Shown here piece by piece: positions 39,501 through 52,579 of a stretch of 64,000 bases of DNA (positions within the stretch are counted from its first letter, which is position 1; the number at the start of each line of letters is the position of its first letter). Both the position numbers and the translations under genes were made by a program. The notes beneath the pieces are model-generated. The model saw only the letters and a list, made by a program, of their open reading frames with translations, searched no databases and was not told the origin of the DNA. This DNA comes from Geosiphon pyriformis uo1 (taxonomy: Eukaryota > Fungi > Glomeromycota). The DNA lies in assembly GCA_016748015.1 (NCBI GenBank), contig JAAOMT010000354.1, positions 1 to 64,000 on the forward strand, read 5' to 3'.

Positions 39501-41048
39501 GTTTTAATACAAAAAATATTATAATAAGTCAATTAATTAGCTTTGTTTATATATTTAAGTTACAAATTAATTTGTTAAATTATTAAAATTTAATTTAAAA
39601 ACAAATAATTTTTTTTGTTTTAAAAAAAAACTATTAGAAATTAAGTTATAATTATAAAAAATATAATCAGATTTATATTTAAATAGTTTAATAATTTAAT
39701 AAGCTTTTTAAACAAATTAAAATTTTTAAAAATTTATTAATCTAATAAATATTTTATAAAACATTATGAATTTTATTGTTACAAATTATTAAAAAAAATT
39801 TTGTTTTTAAAAAATAAGGTAATTAAGAAATATAAAATGTTTTTACAATTATAATTACTATTTATTTTTAAATATTTTAATTTTTATAAGCTTTTTTTAA
39901 TAATAAAAATAATTTTTGTTTTAAAATCTTGTTTTTAATAATAAAACACTAAAGATAATAAAACCGAATTTTTTCTATTTTGAACATATTATATAAAACT
40001 TTAAAAAATTTTTGAAATATTTGCAGTTTATATAACAAATAATTTTTTAAATTACAGATAATTTTACTATAAAAAAATAAAGAATATATACAAATTATAA
40101 CTTGTTTCTAATTTTTTTTTTATTAAAAAATTGTTTAAATAAATATATAAAGACAAAATAAATGTAATACATATAATTTTGTTAAATAAACAATAATAAT
40201 ATCAATTGATATCTTAAAAATTTTATGGTTTTTATAAACTATAAATTTATTTTTGTTAAAAAATTAAACTTATAAATTTAAAAATAGCTGTTTTGTAATT
40301 TTTTGAATTTATTTGTACTTTATTGCTTTATATCATGTTTAATTTGAATTTTGCAATTAAACCAAAATCTGTTCCAAACTTTAAGTTTATAAATATATTA
40401 TTAACATATAAATAAAAAAATAATGTTACTTAATATTATAATAACTTATTATTAAGCGTTTTTTTTTAAATAACAGTTAAAAATTGATTTTTTCTGTATA
40501 AAATTAGCTATTCATATTTTTATTAATAAAACATTTGCCAAGTGCGAAATTCTGGATATGTTGATTGGTAGATATGCACGCTTAAGACACAGGAGAATTT
40601 TAAAAATTTCATAAAGCAGTTTCTAAATAATCATTTTGAATAAATTGGTTGTATCAACGCACTAAAAATCCAAGATAAACTTTACACAAGCGAGAGCCAA
40701 AGAAATTATATTAAACTTCTTATTAAAACTATTGTATATCAAAGAAGCGGCTAGGAGCGAAACCATCTGCAACCTAGAACTAGATTATGCATTCCAAAGA
40801 AATCTATCAATGATCCATTGAAACTGGAAGAATGTAACTCAACTTTGGGTTTTCATTTAAACTAAAATAGCAAGAAGACAAAGTCGGCCTTTTTTGGGCC
40901 TTGAGTTCCGGACAATCTCTACCCGTTTGAGAATATAAATGAGGGGATGAAGTATCGGAACTTTCTTTAAATTATAAGCTTAAGTCTTTATTTATTAGCG
41001 AGACAAACTTTGTAAAAATCCTTCTTTACTCATCCAAAATATTAAATT

Positions 41049-43450
41049 TTGATAAAGCATTTGTCTTTCTTGGAAAACTTTTCTTCAACTTCATCAATTC
41101 AAAAGAAAATATCATCTCTCGAATGCCTTGAAGGAGCATTCATAGTCATCAAAGAAAGTTTGGCCATTTTCCCAGCTAGTGAATATTCAAAAGTTGCTAA
41201 CTTGGTGAAAGAATATCTTGAGCGCAATCAAAAAAAACTCCAAGACTTATTCAATTATTTGAAAAATAAAAGTTCAAAGCGTTCAATAGACTATATTTTG
41301 CTCGGCTTTTCTTTAGAACATGGGATTGGAACTATTCCTAATTTAGCAAAAACATTTTAGAATTTCAGAAAGCAGCGGATGCAGAAGATTCTTTGGGACA
41401 ATTCTTCTTACGTTGTTATAATAATAGAATTGGTACTTCACAAAATAGAGGAAAGGCATTTAAGCTCTTTTCGAAAGCAGCAGAGGCGGGAGATGCTCTT
41501 GCACAAAATGAGCTTGGATGGTGCTATCGAAATGGAGGAACAACGAAAAATGAGGAAAAAAAAGCATTTGACCTCTTTTTGAAAGCTGCAGAGGCGGGAA
41601 ATATTCTTGGACAAATCAATCTTACAGATTGCTATCGAAATGGATTAAGAGAAACGAAAAATGAGGAAAAAGCATTTGAACTCTGTTCAAAAGCAGCAAA
41701 GGCGGGTCATTTAAATGCACAATACAATCTTGCATTTTTTATCGAAATGGATTAGGAAAAATGAAAAATAACGAAAGAGCATTTGAACTCTATTCAAAAG
41801 CAAGAGAGGCGGGTAATATAAATGCACAAATAAATCTTGCAGATTGCTATCGAAATGGATTAAGAACAATGAAAAATGAGGAAAAAGCATTTTGAAGTCT
41901 ATTCAAAAGCAGCAGAGGAGGTAATAAAAATGCACAATACAATCTTGGGCTTTGTTATGATAATGAATGGGGAACGACGAAAAATGAGGAAAAAGCATTT
42001 GACCTCTATTTGAAAGCTGCAGAGGCAAGTAATACAATCGTAAAGGCGGGTAATACAAATGCACAATACTATCTTGAACTTTTCTATGAAAATGGATGGG
42101 GAACAAAGAAAAATGAGGAAAAACCATTTGAACTCTATTCAAAAGCAGAGGTGGAAGATACCCTTGCACAAAACAACCTTGTATTTTGTTATAAAAATGG
42201 AAGGGGAACAACGAAAAATAAGCAAAAAGCATTTGAACTCTTTTCAAAAGCAGCGGAGAGGGGGAAATTCAAAGGCACAGAACAGTCTTGGATAGTGCTA
42301 TTGAAATGGATTAGAAGCAACGAAAAATGAGGAAAAATTATTTGAACTCTTTTCAAAAGCAGCAGAGGCGGGAGATCTAGATGCATAAAACAAACTTGGA
42401 GTTTTTTATCAAGATGGAAGGGGAGTAACGAAAAATTTAGAGAAAGCATTTGAACTGTATTCAAAAGCAGCAGAGGCGGGTAATACAAATGCACAAAAAA
42501 ATCTTGCAAATTGTTATCTAAATGGATGGGGAACGACGAAAAATGAGGAAAAAGCATTTGAACTCTTCAAAAGCAGAAAAGGTGGGAAATTTAATGACGT
42601 AATAAAAGCTTGGAAATTGGTATCAAAATGAATTAGAAACAATAGAAAATCCTGAAAAAAGTGGGAAATACCAGCGCACATAACAATCTTGAAACGTATT
42701 ATCAAGATAGATGGGGAGCAACGAAAAATACCGAAAAAGTATTTGATCTTTACTCAAAAGCAGAGGCGGGAAATATAAGTGCACATTACAATCTTGGATG
42801 GTGCTATCAAAATGGATGGGAGAACGACAAAACACCTAGAGAAGCATTTGAACTATATTTCAAAGCAGCAACGGCAAATAACTCAAGTTATAATAGGGAT
42901 CTTTTTGATTTAAATGCCTGTGATTTTTCTTTAAAGAATTAAGATGACTTGGAACGTTTCATTTTACAATTTCAAAGTCGAAGGTTTAAAATTCCCGGAT
43001 AATTCTAAAGGAGCTTTCAGATGAATTCAAGTGTCTTAAATGTGGGAATTTGGATATAATTATTAATGGTTTCCTTATACTGTATGTCCATTTTGTGATA
43101 ATGATAATAGTTATGAAAATATATTTAAAGCCGGCTTGCTAAAACGTCTAGAATGCTATCGCGCATTAAAAGATCCACTTTGGTGTAAATTTTGTTAAAT
43201 ATCACGATATTTAAAGACTTGGGGAAGATAGACTAGTGGAAATGAGAATATTAAAGTTAGCCGCTTCTTATTCATGAATAAAAATAAAAGTGAATAAAAG
43301 TGATTTTTATCATATGGCGGTCTGTTAGGCTCTTTTAATAATAATAATAATATGATCGTTTACATAATGCCATTCTTGTAATAAATATTCTGGATGGTAA
43401 AAGATCTAAACTCATCTCCTTTTTCCATTTGAACTCGGAAATGTGTGTGG
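41049..43450 (+). pseudogene. Sel1-like-repeat protein, originally fused to a TKL-type kinase; frameshifted
   Basis: More than 10 Sel1 repeats (AQ.NLG.CY.NG.GT.KNEEKAFELY.KAAEAG) broken by frameshifts. Downstream are CxxC motifs, LWCKFC and (W)TSGNENI (~43180-43255). Confidence 0.85.
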
Positions 43451-45149
43451 GGTAAAACTTTAAGAAAAATTGAGAGAACCCTTAATTTTTTATACGTAAG
43501 AAACCGCAAAGAACAAAATCTTGGAACAATCTGTGCACGAATAGTTAAAATTTGATAGTTTAAACGTGACTTTTATTTTGATTTAATAAAGATTTTAAAC
43601 TTTAAAGAAATATTATGAAGCTATAAGTTGAGCGATCACATTATAAGTGTGTGAGGTCTCTCTAATACTTAGTATTTTAACCAATTATATATATCAAGCG
43701 TTTTTCTAAAAAATTAAAATTTTTTGATCAAAATAGTTAGAAATAATTAATAAGGAATGCTAATTAAATTCAAACAATATTTTGGTAGTGTAATCATAAT
43801 ATATTATACAAGATTTATAAATTGCGTTAAGCCTCTTGAAAATCTTTTAAAATTATTTCTCATATATATTTTTAACCAGGGGAATAAAAATTTAATGATA
43901 AACATTTCCATCTTTTTTTTTATATGGTCAAATGTAACTTACATTATTTAAATCGGTAAGATTACTTTTAATCAAAATTTTATATTGCTCTTCAATATTA
44001 TATGAATTGAAAAATTTGCAGAGGTTCGCTCAAAAACGGCATATACTTTTAAATAGTGATACTGAGGTTAATTTAAGAAAATTCATGTGATCTTTACTAC
44101 TTGACATTGAATCTAATTTTGGGTATTAACTTCTGATCTTTCCTATTTCTGCTCTACTTTTTTCTTTAAAATTAGTATTAGATTGTATTCAAACAAAGAT
44201 GTTGAATAGACGCCAATAAGAGTCTCATTTGAACTTTAATTTGGAGTCCTAATATCTATGATGAAAGGTTTTTATGTTAAGATAACTTGTCAAAAAAACA
44301 ATTTTCTTTTAAGTTATAGTTTACCATGTATTGATTGTGTATAAATAAAATTATTGATTCAATTTGAACCTATTATATTAAGTTTTCTTAAATTTAATAA
44401 ATTTAGAATTTTCAATATTTCTATTGAATTGTTTCAGGTTTTAAAAAATTCCAACCTTTTTGAAATTTTATAATTTCTCAAGGCTAATTGCTGGTATTTA
44501 CAGAAATGAATTTAAAAAGATTTAAAAATTGGAATTTTTTTTTTATTAATTCATTCATCAAATTTCTTTTTCTTTTTCCACACTATATTTCAATAATTGA
44601 AAATAAAAAATTATATCAATAAATCTCATAAAATATGGAACCAACCAGAATTAATGTGATAAAAGTTATTAAATATTCATTTAATATACAAGTTAAAAAT
44701 AGAAATTCCTGCAATAAAACTTCAAAAAATAAAAAACTTTGGTATTTTTCATTTTTCTTATAAAATTTAAAGCCATTAATATTACTGCAATTAAATTGAT
44801 TTTCATCCTTAAATATTGATTAAAGAAATAGTATTAGATGTAATATGCAATTTGATAAAAATTAAATGTTTAAAGATTTAATTATGCTAAATCTTAAAAA
44901 CCAGTGTCTGAATAAAAATACTAATTAAGTAAAAACTATTTATTTGTATTATTGCATAAAGATAATTTGCTAATTCTGATTTTGATTTATTAGACTTATG
45001 ATTAATTACAAAAATCTTAACAAAATAATTATGTTTAAAATAATGAGTATATTTATATCTTATTTTAAAATTATTAAATTTTTTGTTTTTTAAATACCGA
45101 GTTAAGACAAAAAATAAATTAACTATTTTAAAATAAGATCATATATTCT

Positions 45150-47030
45150 TATTTTTATTGTCATTAAAAAAGTCTAAAAAATTCTTAACTAAAATATGAT
45201 AATATTATATTTATTTTTAAAGTTGAAAATAAAGTTCTGTTATATAGAACTAAGGTTAAAAAACAATAAAGTAGAAAATTTGATTATAAATAGAATGAAC
45301 CATTCTATATTCATAAAATTCTTGGAAATAGATCATACAAGTTAAGATTCGATGATAAAATTTTAAAGAAAGTCGCACATAGTAACAGATTGAAACACTA
45401 CTATTTTAAAGCCAAACCTGAATTCCTAATTTCACAAATTAGTACACAAATTTTCTTGGTTAATCCTGAAAATATTTCCCAAAATTTAGAACCAATAATT
45501 ATTATTAAACAACTTTCAAATCTGAATATTTTAATTTTAATTTTCTTTATAGTTATTCCTTATATTTTAAAACCAATTTCAAAAAACAAAACAAAAATAA
45601 CATAAAAACCTTACATACCAAAAATAATTTCATTTATTCTCATTTTTTTTAAAAATTAATGTTAGTCTTAAAGATACTATTCGAATTATTTATACAGAAT
45701 CTGTAACCACAAATTTATGAAATTGCTTTAGAATCTACTTACCAGAACTTTTAAAACAAGCTTTAAGAAAAAATTTAAGATTTACATTTATTGATATTTT
45801 ACCAAATACCACAATTCAACAAAAACTTTAACAGTGTTTTGATGAATAAAATAACAAATATCTTATAATTTATAAATATTTTTATATTAAAAAAACACTT
45901 TATAAAAGAAAACTAAAGCTCAAAACAACAAATTTCACAACCAAAGCTATTCAGAAACAACAATCAAACCAACAAATACCTATTACAAACTTAGAACAAC
46001 TTTAAAACTCTATAACTTATTTTATACTTGTAAAAATATTCTATAAACACAATTTTACAACTCTTAAAGATTTAATATATTAAAAAGCTCACAAAACTAA
46101 AATTTCAACAATTTTCAAACCAAATTTCTTCAATAATTTTGAATTATTATCTGAAAATTACAAATAGTATTTAGACTTTAATAGAGCTCAATTTTGAAAA
46201 GAAGATTATATTACTAGCCGAAATTTAAAATATTAATTAGAATAAAATTATCCCTATAATTTTTATTATTAATTAGTATATATTATTGTTTTAATTTATT
46301 ACTTATTATCTTATTAAATTATCCGAATTATTACTTAATTAATAACCCAATTTGTATAGAACACAAATATAATTAAATTGTAATAATTAGATTATACAAT
46401 ATATCAAACTATATAATATTCACAATTTGCCAAAATATTTAGTAATTTGACAAAATATTTAACAATTTATTAAAATAATCTATAGTTTGCAAAAATAACT
46501 TGTATTTTATATTAAATATTTTAATAAGAATTATTTTCTATACAAATCAATTTCAATAAAGCTTACTTTGAAAAAAAAAACATAAAAATCTAATTATTTT
46601 TGTTTTAAAATTGATTAGTTATCAATTTTAGTAAACTGCTAATAATTTCCAAGCCTGAATTTGAAACAATTTTGTTAACACATTTTTTATTTTTTTTTTT
46701 AGTTTATTTTCTTTTTTTATTTTTTTTTATATAATTAGATAGTTTACAGTCAAAATTTTTTATAAAAAAGTTAATATATTTTTAAAAAGCTTATAGATGA
46801 GATTTTTTTGTAAAAGAATTGACTTTTATTGCAAAATAACTATACAAATAATTTGCATAGAATTGATTATTTCATTATAAATCTAACAACATATATAATC
46901 TAAAGTATAGAGAGATATTTTGAAAAAAAATCAGTTTATTAAAAGTTTATCAACTTTTATCAACAGCAAAATTAACAGCAAAACAACATTAACAACATTT
47001 AAAAAAAAGATAAAAAAATCTTTAATAATA
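45150..47030 (+). mobile_element. 3' remnant of Gypsy family 2: integrase C-terminus, extra region, PPT and 3' LTR (46209-47030)
   Basis: KFDYK.NEPFYIHKILGNRSYKLR (~45275-45350). The LTR starts tattactagccgaa and is homologous to 62867-63838. Confidence 0.72.
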
Positions 47031-48560
47031 GCATTCAATCTTTTAATTAATTCATTAATCTGTTTTATAAAACTAGTAAGACTGTTTTCAATTTTCTTAA
47101 ATTATTTTTCTATTATATTTACAATTATTAAAGAAAGTTTAACTTTACTTAAAGAACCAGACTAAAAAAATACCAAAAAACACTTAAAAAAAAAATTTGC
47201 TAACTATAAACATCCAAGTTTTGTTATTAAAAGTTATTAAACAGACAATAAAAGCAAACTTTTTTTTATAAATCTTAACCAATTTAAATTGGTTTAAAGC
47301 CAAAAAGAAGGCTTTTTTATTTTTAAATGCCAGTTTACTATCAATTGACCAATAATTAAAAAAAATATAACTGAATATATTATAAATTAAGCAAAAAGCC
47401 AAAGACAAATACAATTAATAAAGAGTAATATCTTTTATAACAGAGATTATAATCACTGCTTTAATCAAATTTTTTTTAGAGTTAAAATAAATAATAATCT
47501 ACTTAATACAAATATAGTTGATTAAATTTTAATTAATTATATAAGTTTTTTTATTAACTAATTCAATAAAATTTCAAAGATAATAAACATTCATTTTTAG
47601 AGAAAGTATATAAAGCAAAATTCTAAACTAATCTTTAAAATTTTATAATTGTTTATTAATATTAGTTTTTGTTATATAAATTACATCTTTTTTAATAAAT
47701 ATAGATCTAAATATTAATAAATTAGCTTAAATCTAATTATCCAATTTTATGATCACTTTTTATTATAGTTTTATTAATTGTATTTTGATTATTTAATATT
47801 ATTAAAGCTAATAAGTATAGCTTGTACAGTTTTTACAAATATTTTTACAAAAATTGTTTTTATAATAATTGTCTAATTTATTTGATTGTTTACTGAATAC
47901 TTAAGATTAGTGTTTATCACAACATTATAATTATTTGCTAAATTAACAATAGTTAATATTGTTTTTTTTAAAGTAAAAAGCATTTAAATAATTCTGCCAA
48001 ATTTTGAAAAAATAAAAACATTCTTAAAACTATTTACACCAAAAATTATATTCTTAACAATATTTAATTTATTCTAAATTAATTTTTTAGTAATAGTTAA
48101 AAGATTAATGTTTAAAACAAATAATTTACAAACCAAAAGCTTGAAAAAAAAAACTTATTCAAAACATTATTTTTAATATTACTATTAACATAAAATTAAT
48201 TTTTTCAAGAAATTTCTTAAGAATACACTTAGTAATAATTCTGTTTAATCTTTTAGAAGTTATGTTAACATTTTTTTGCTCTAATTTATTATTCCTATTA
48301 AGTTAAAAACTGATTTCTTCAACAAAAAACTTCTTCTTTATATCTACATTTTTTGTATTAGTAGTATTATTAACAGTTAAATTACTTATTTTACCAGTCT
48401 TGGATGGCTTTTGACAAGTATTAGCATTAATTTTAATAACAAAATCATTTAAAATACTTCTTTTATGCTTTTTTCTAGCAAACAATTTTGAAATCATAAA
48501 ACCAATATCAAACTTTTTTTGGACTTTTTTATATTCAAATAATTGTTAATATTAGTAGTT
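47031..48560 (-). mobile_element. Highly decayed LINE ORF1 fragment
   Basis: Colinear similarity by eye to the ORF1 region at 58200-59700. Confidence 0.6.
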
Positions 48561-49039
48561 TTATAATTAAACAAAAAAGGTTTTGAAATATTTAATTAAA
48601 TAGTGAGAAATAATTAATTTTTAAAAATATTTATTTAATAAACTTTTTTAAAAGTTATATTTTAACATAATATATTTAAAATATTATAATTTTTATAAAA
48701 AACCAAATCTAATCTAATACATAATAAATTAATTTTTTTAAACATAAAAATAATACAATAAATTTTTTTTAGTTTTAAAATAAACAATAATATATTTTAT
48801 TTTATTATTAATAGCAAATATGTAATTAATAACACAAATTTTTTTATTAGTTTTTTCTAAGAAATTCTTAAAATTATATATAAATAAAATAAATAATACA
48901 GTTTAAATTTATTTTTTTGTTTTTAAGTAATTTAAATTTTAATAGTTTTTATATATATTGAATTTTTACTACTTAAAATAAATTACTAAATATTAAAAAA
49001 TTAATTTAATTCAATAAAACATTACTATAGTTTTTTTTT

Positions 49040-50940
49040 ATCTATTTATTTAATGAGTAAAGCCCAACTATTATTTACTTCACTCATACTTTTGATTTTT
49101 CAAAATATAATTTTGCCTCTCTTCTATCTGCCTTATTTAACAACACCAAATCCTTCCATTCTTACCTTTTCTAAATATTCAATCGTGTCATTCTGGATAT
49201 TTCGGGAAGCTGGTCTTAAATATATTATCATCACTTTAATTAGTATTACAAAATAGACATATAGGATTTCCAGTAATAAGTATATCCAAGCTACCACATT
49301 AAGCCATTTGAATTTATCTGAAGAAAGCTTCAAAATTCAAGAACTCTCTTCTAGAATTACCCAGGTATTTTAAACCTCAACTTTGAAATTGCAAAATAAA
49401 ACGTTCTAGATAATTTTGATTTTGTAAAATGAGGACAAAGGCATTTAAAACAGAAAAATTACTTCGATAAATTGAGTTTTTTTCTCTCCTGCTTTTAAAT
49501 AGATTTCAAAAGCATTTTCTAAGTTTTTTGTGGTTTCCCATCCATTTTGATAGCACCATCTAAGGTTGTATTGTATATTTTGATTTCCCATCTTTGCTGT
49601 TTTAAAAAGAATTCAAATACTTCTTTGAGATTTTTTACTGTTCCCTATCTATCTCAATAATGCATTCCAACATTTTTTTTTGACCTCAGATTTTGCACTT
49701 TTTCAAGATCATTTATTGTTCTTATTTTATTTGAATAATATGTTCAAATTAAATCTTCCGCCTTTACTGCTTTTGAATAGAGTTTAAATGCTTTTATGTC
49801 ATTTTCATTGTTCCCCATTCATTTTGATAACAATCTCTAAGAGCGTTTTGTGTAATTATATGTTTCATCTCTGCTGCTTTTGAAAAGAGTTCAAATGTTT
49901 TTTCCAAATTTTTTGTTATTCCTGATCCATTAGCATAACAATCTGCAAGATTGTATTGTACATTTGTAAGTCCTGTCTCTACTGCTTTTGAATAGAGTTC
50001 AAATGCTTTTTCCAAGTTTTTTGTCATTCCCATCCATTTCGATAACAATTTCCAAGAGCATTTTGTTCATATAAATCTCCTATCTTTGATGCTTTTGAAT
50101 AATGTTCAAATGCTTTTTCCAAGTTTTTTATCATTTTCAATCCATTTCAATAACACCATCCAAGATTGGATTGTGCTTTTATATCTCTGCTTTTGAATAG
50201 AGTTCAAATGCATTTTCGTCATTTTTCATTGTTCTTACTCCATTTTGATAGCATTTACAAGATTGTATTAGATATCCCGCCTCTGCTGCTTTTGAAGAGT
50301 TCTAATGCTTTTTCCTCATTTTTTGTTGTTCCTAATCCATTTCGACAGCAACTTGTAAGATTGATCTATGCACTTGTATCTTCCACCTTTGTTGCTTTTG
50401 AAAAGAGTTCTAATGCTTTTTCCTCATTTTTCATTGTTCCTAATCCATTTAGATAGCAATTTGCAAGATTTATTTGTGCACTTGTATTACTTCTCTCCAA
50501 TGCTTTTGAAAAGAGTTTAATTGCTTTTCCTCTATTTTGTGAAGTAATAATTGCATTATTATAACAACGTTTTAAGAATAATTGTTCCATAGAATCTTCT
50601 GCTTTCGCTGCTTTCTGAAATTCTAAAAAATTTTTTGTTAAATTAGGAATAGTTCCAATCCCACGTTCTAAAGAAAAGCCGAGCAAAATATAGTCTATCA
50701 AATGCTTTGAACTTTTATTTTTCAAATAATTGTATAAGTCTTCGGGTTTTTTTTGATTACGCTCAAGATATTCTTTCACCAAGTTAGCAACTTTTGAATA
50801 TTCACTAGCTGAGAAAATGGCCAAACTTTTTTTGATGACTATGAATGCTCCAAGACATTTGAGAGATGGTGTTTTCTTTTGAATTGATGAAGTTGAAAAA
50901 AAGATTTCCAAGCAACACAAATGCAATATCAAACTTCAAT
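49040..50940 (-). pseudogene. Second Sel1-repeat/TKL-kinase paralog, pseudogenised
   Basis: N-terminus is nearly identical to the 41049 copy (FSSTSSIQKK...SEYSKVANLVKEYLERNQKK). Sel1 repeats follow, then a kinase Gly-loop remnant IEYLEKVRMEGFGVVK.GR.KRGKI (~49100-49185). Confidence 0.85.
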
Positions 50941-51575
50941 ATTTTTGAATAAGTAAAGAAGGATTTTAAGGAGTTCGCCTTTGCTAATAAATAAAAATCT
51001 TAGCCTATATTTTCATTAGATCACATTTCTAAAAAGCTTGTTTTTTTTATTTTAAAAGAAAGAAATGGAAGCTCTAATTATTTATAATTGTTTTTTTAAA
51101 ATTATTTATCAATCTTTTTATTAATCCAATAATAACTATTTTAATTATTTTCAAAGTACATAATTAAACAAGTTACTTCAACCTTTTATAACCTTTTATG
51201 GTAATGCATAAACAATAGAATCATTAATATGTTGAATTCCACCACGTTTAAATTTTTTGGTTTGATTTATACAAAAATTTCATATGGGCTCGCAATTTCA
51301 TGATGCGATTCTAATAATATAATAAAAAGTACATTAAGATTATTTTAAAAATAATAATCGAACCAAATGATAAAATTTGTTACCTTAAAATTGATCATTA
51401 TTTTAATGATACCAGATAGATTCTCTAGATCCAGTGATGTATCTGGAATCGTAAATCCATCAAATTGATCAACCAAATATATTCCATCCACCCAATGCAT
51501 CGAATACATTAAAAACTCCTTTCCTAAATTATTAAAGTATATTTAAGATTAGTAAATATTATATTAAAAAATTAA

Positions 51576-52575
51576 NNNNNNNNNNNNNNNNNNNNNNNNN
51601 NNNNNNNNNNNNNNNNNNNNNNNNNNNNNNNNNNNNNNNNNNNNNNNNNNNNNNNNNNNNNNNNNNNNNNNNNNNNNNNNNNNNNNNNNNNNNNNNNNNN
51701 NNNNNNNNNNNNNNNNNNNNNNNNNNNNNNNNNNNNNNNNNNNNNNNNNNNNNNNNNNNNNNNNNNNNNNNNNNNNNNNNNNNNNNNNNNNNNNNNNNNN
51801 NNNNNNNNNNNNNNNNNNNNNNNNNNNNNNNNNNNNNNNNNNNNNNNNNNNNNNNNNNNNNNNNNNNNNNNNNNNNNNNNNNNNNNNNNNNNNNNNNNNN
51901 NNNNNNNNNNNNNNNNNNNNNNNNNNNNNNNNNNNNNNNNNNNNNNNNNNNNNNNNNNNNNNNNNNNNNNNNNNNNNNNNNNNNNNNNNNNNNNNNNNNN
52001 NNNNNNNNNNNNNNNNNNNNNNNNNNNNNNNNNNNNNNNNNNNNNNNNNNNNNNNNNNNNNNNNNNNNNNNNNNNNNNNNNNNNNNNNNNNNNNNNNNNN
52101 NNNNNNNNNNNNNNNNNNNNNNNNNNNNNNNNNNNNNNNNNNNNNNNNNNNNNNNNNNNNNNNNNNNNNNNNNNNNNNNNNNNNNNNNNNNNNNNNNNNN
52201 NNNNNNNNNNNNNNNNNNNNNNNNNNNNNNNNNNNNNNNNNNNNNNNNNNNNNNNNNNNNNNNNNNNNNNNNNNNNNNNNNNNNNNNNNNNNNNNNNNNN
52301 NNNNNNNNNNNNNNNNNNNNNNNNNNNNNNNNNNNNNNNNNNNNNNNNNNNNNNNNNNNNNNNNNNNNNNNNNNNNNNNNNNNNNNNNNNNNNNNNNNNN
52401 NNNNNNNNNNNNNNNNNNNNNNNNNNNNNNNNNNNNNNNNNNNNNNNNNNNNNNNNNNNNNNNNNNNNNNNNNNNNNNNNNNNNNNNNNNNNNNNNNNNN
52501 NNNNNNNNNNNNNNNNNNNNNNNNNNNNNNNNNNNNNNNNNNNNNNNNNNNNNNNNNNNNNNNNNNNNNNNNNNN
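51576..52575. other. Assembly gap (1000 N)
   Basis: Run of N; the round size suggests a scaffolding gap. Confidence 0.99.
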
Positions 52576-52579
52576 TAAA

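Noticed and set aside
51407-51451. Short inverted repeat gataccagata...tatctggaatc
   Set aside because: About 11-bp imperfect arms, single occurrence, no supporting context.
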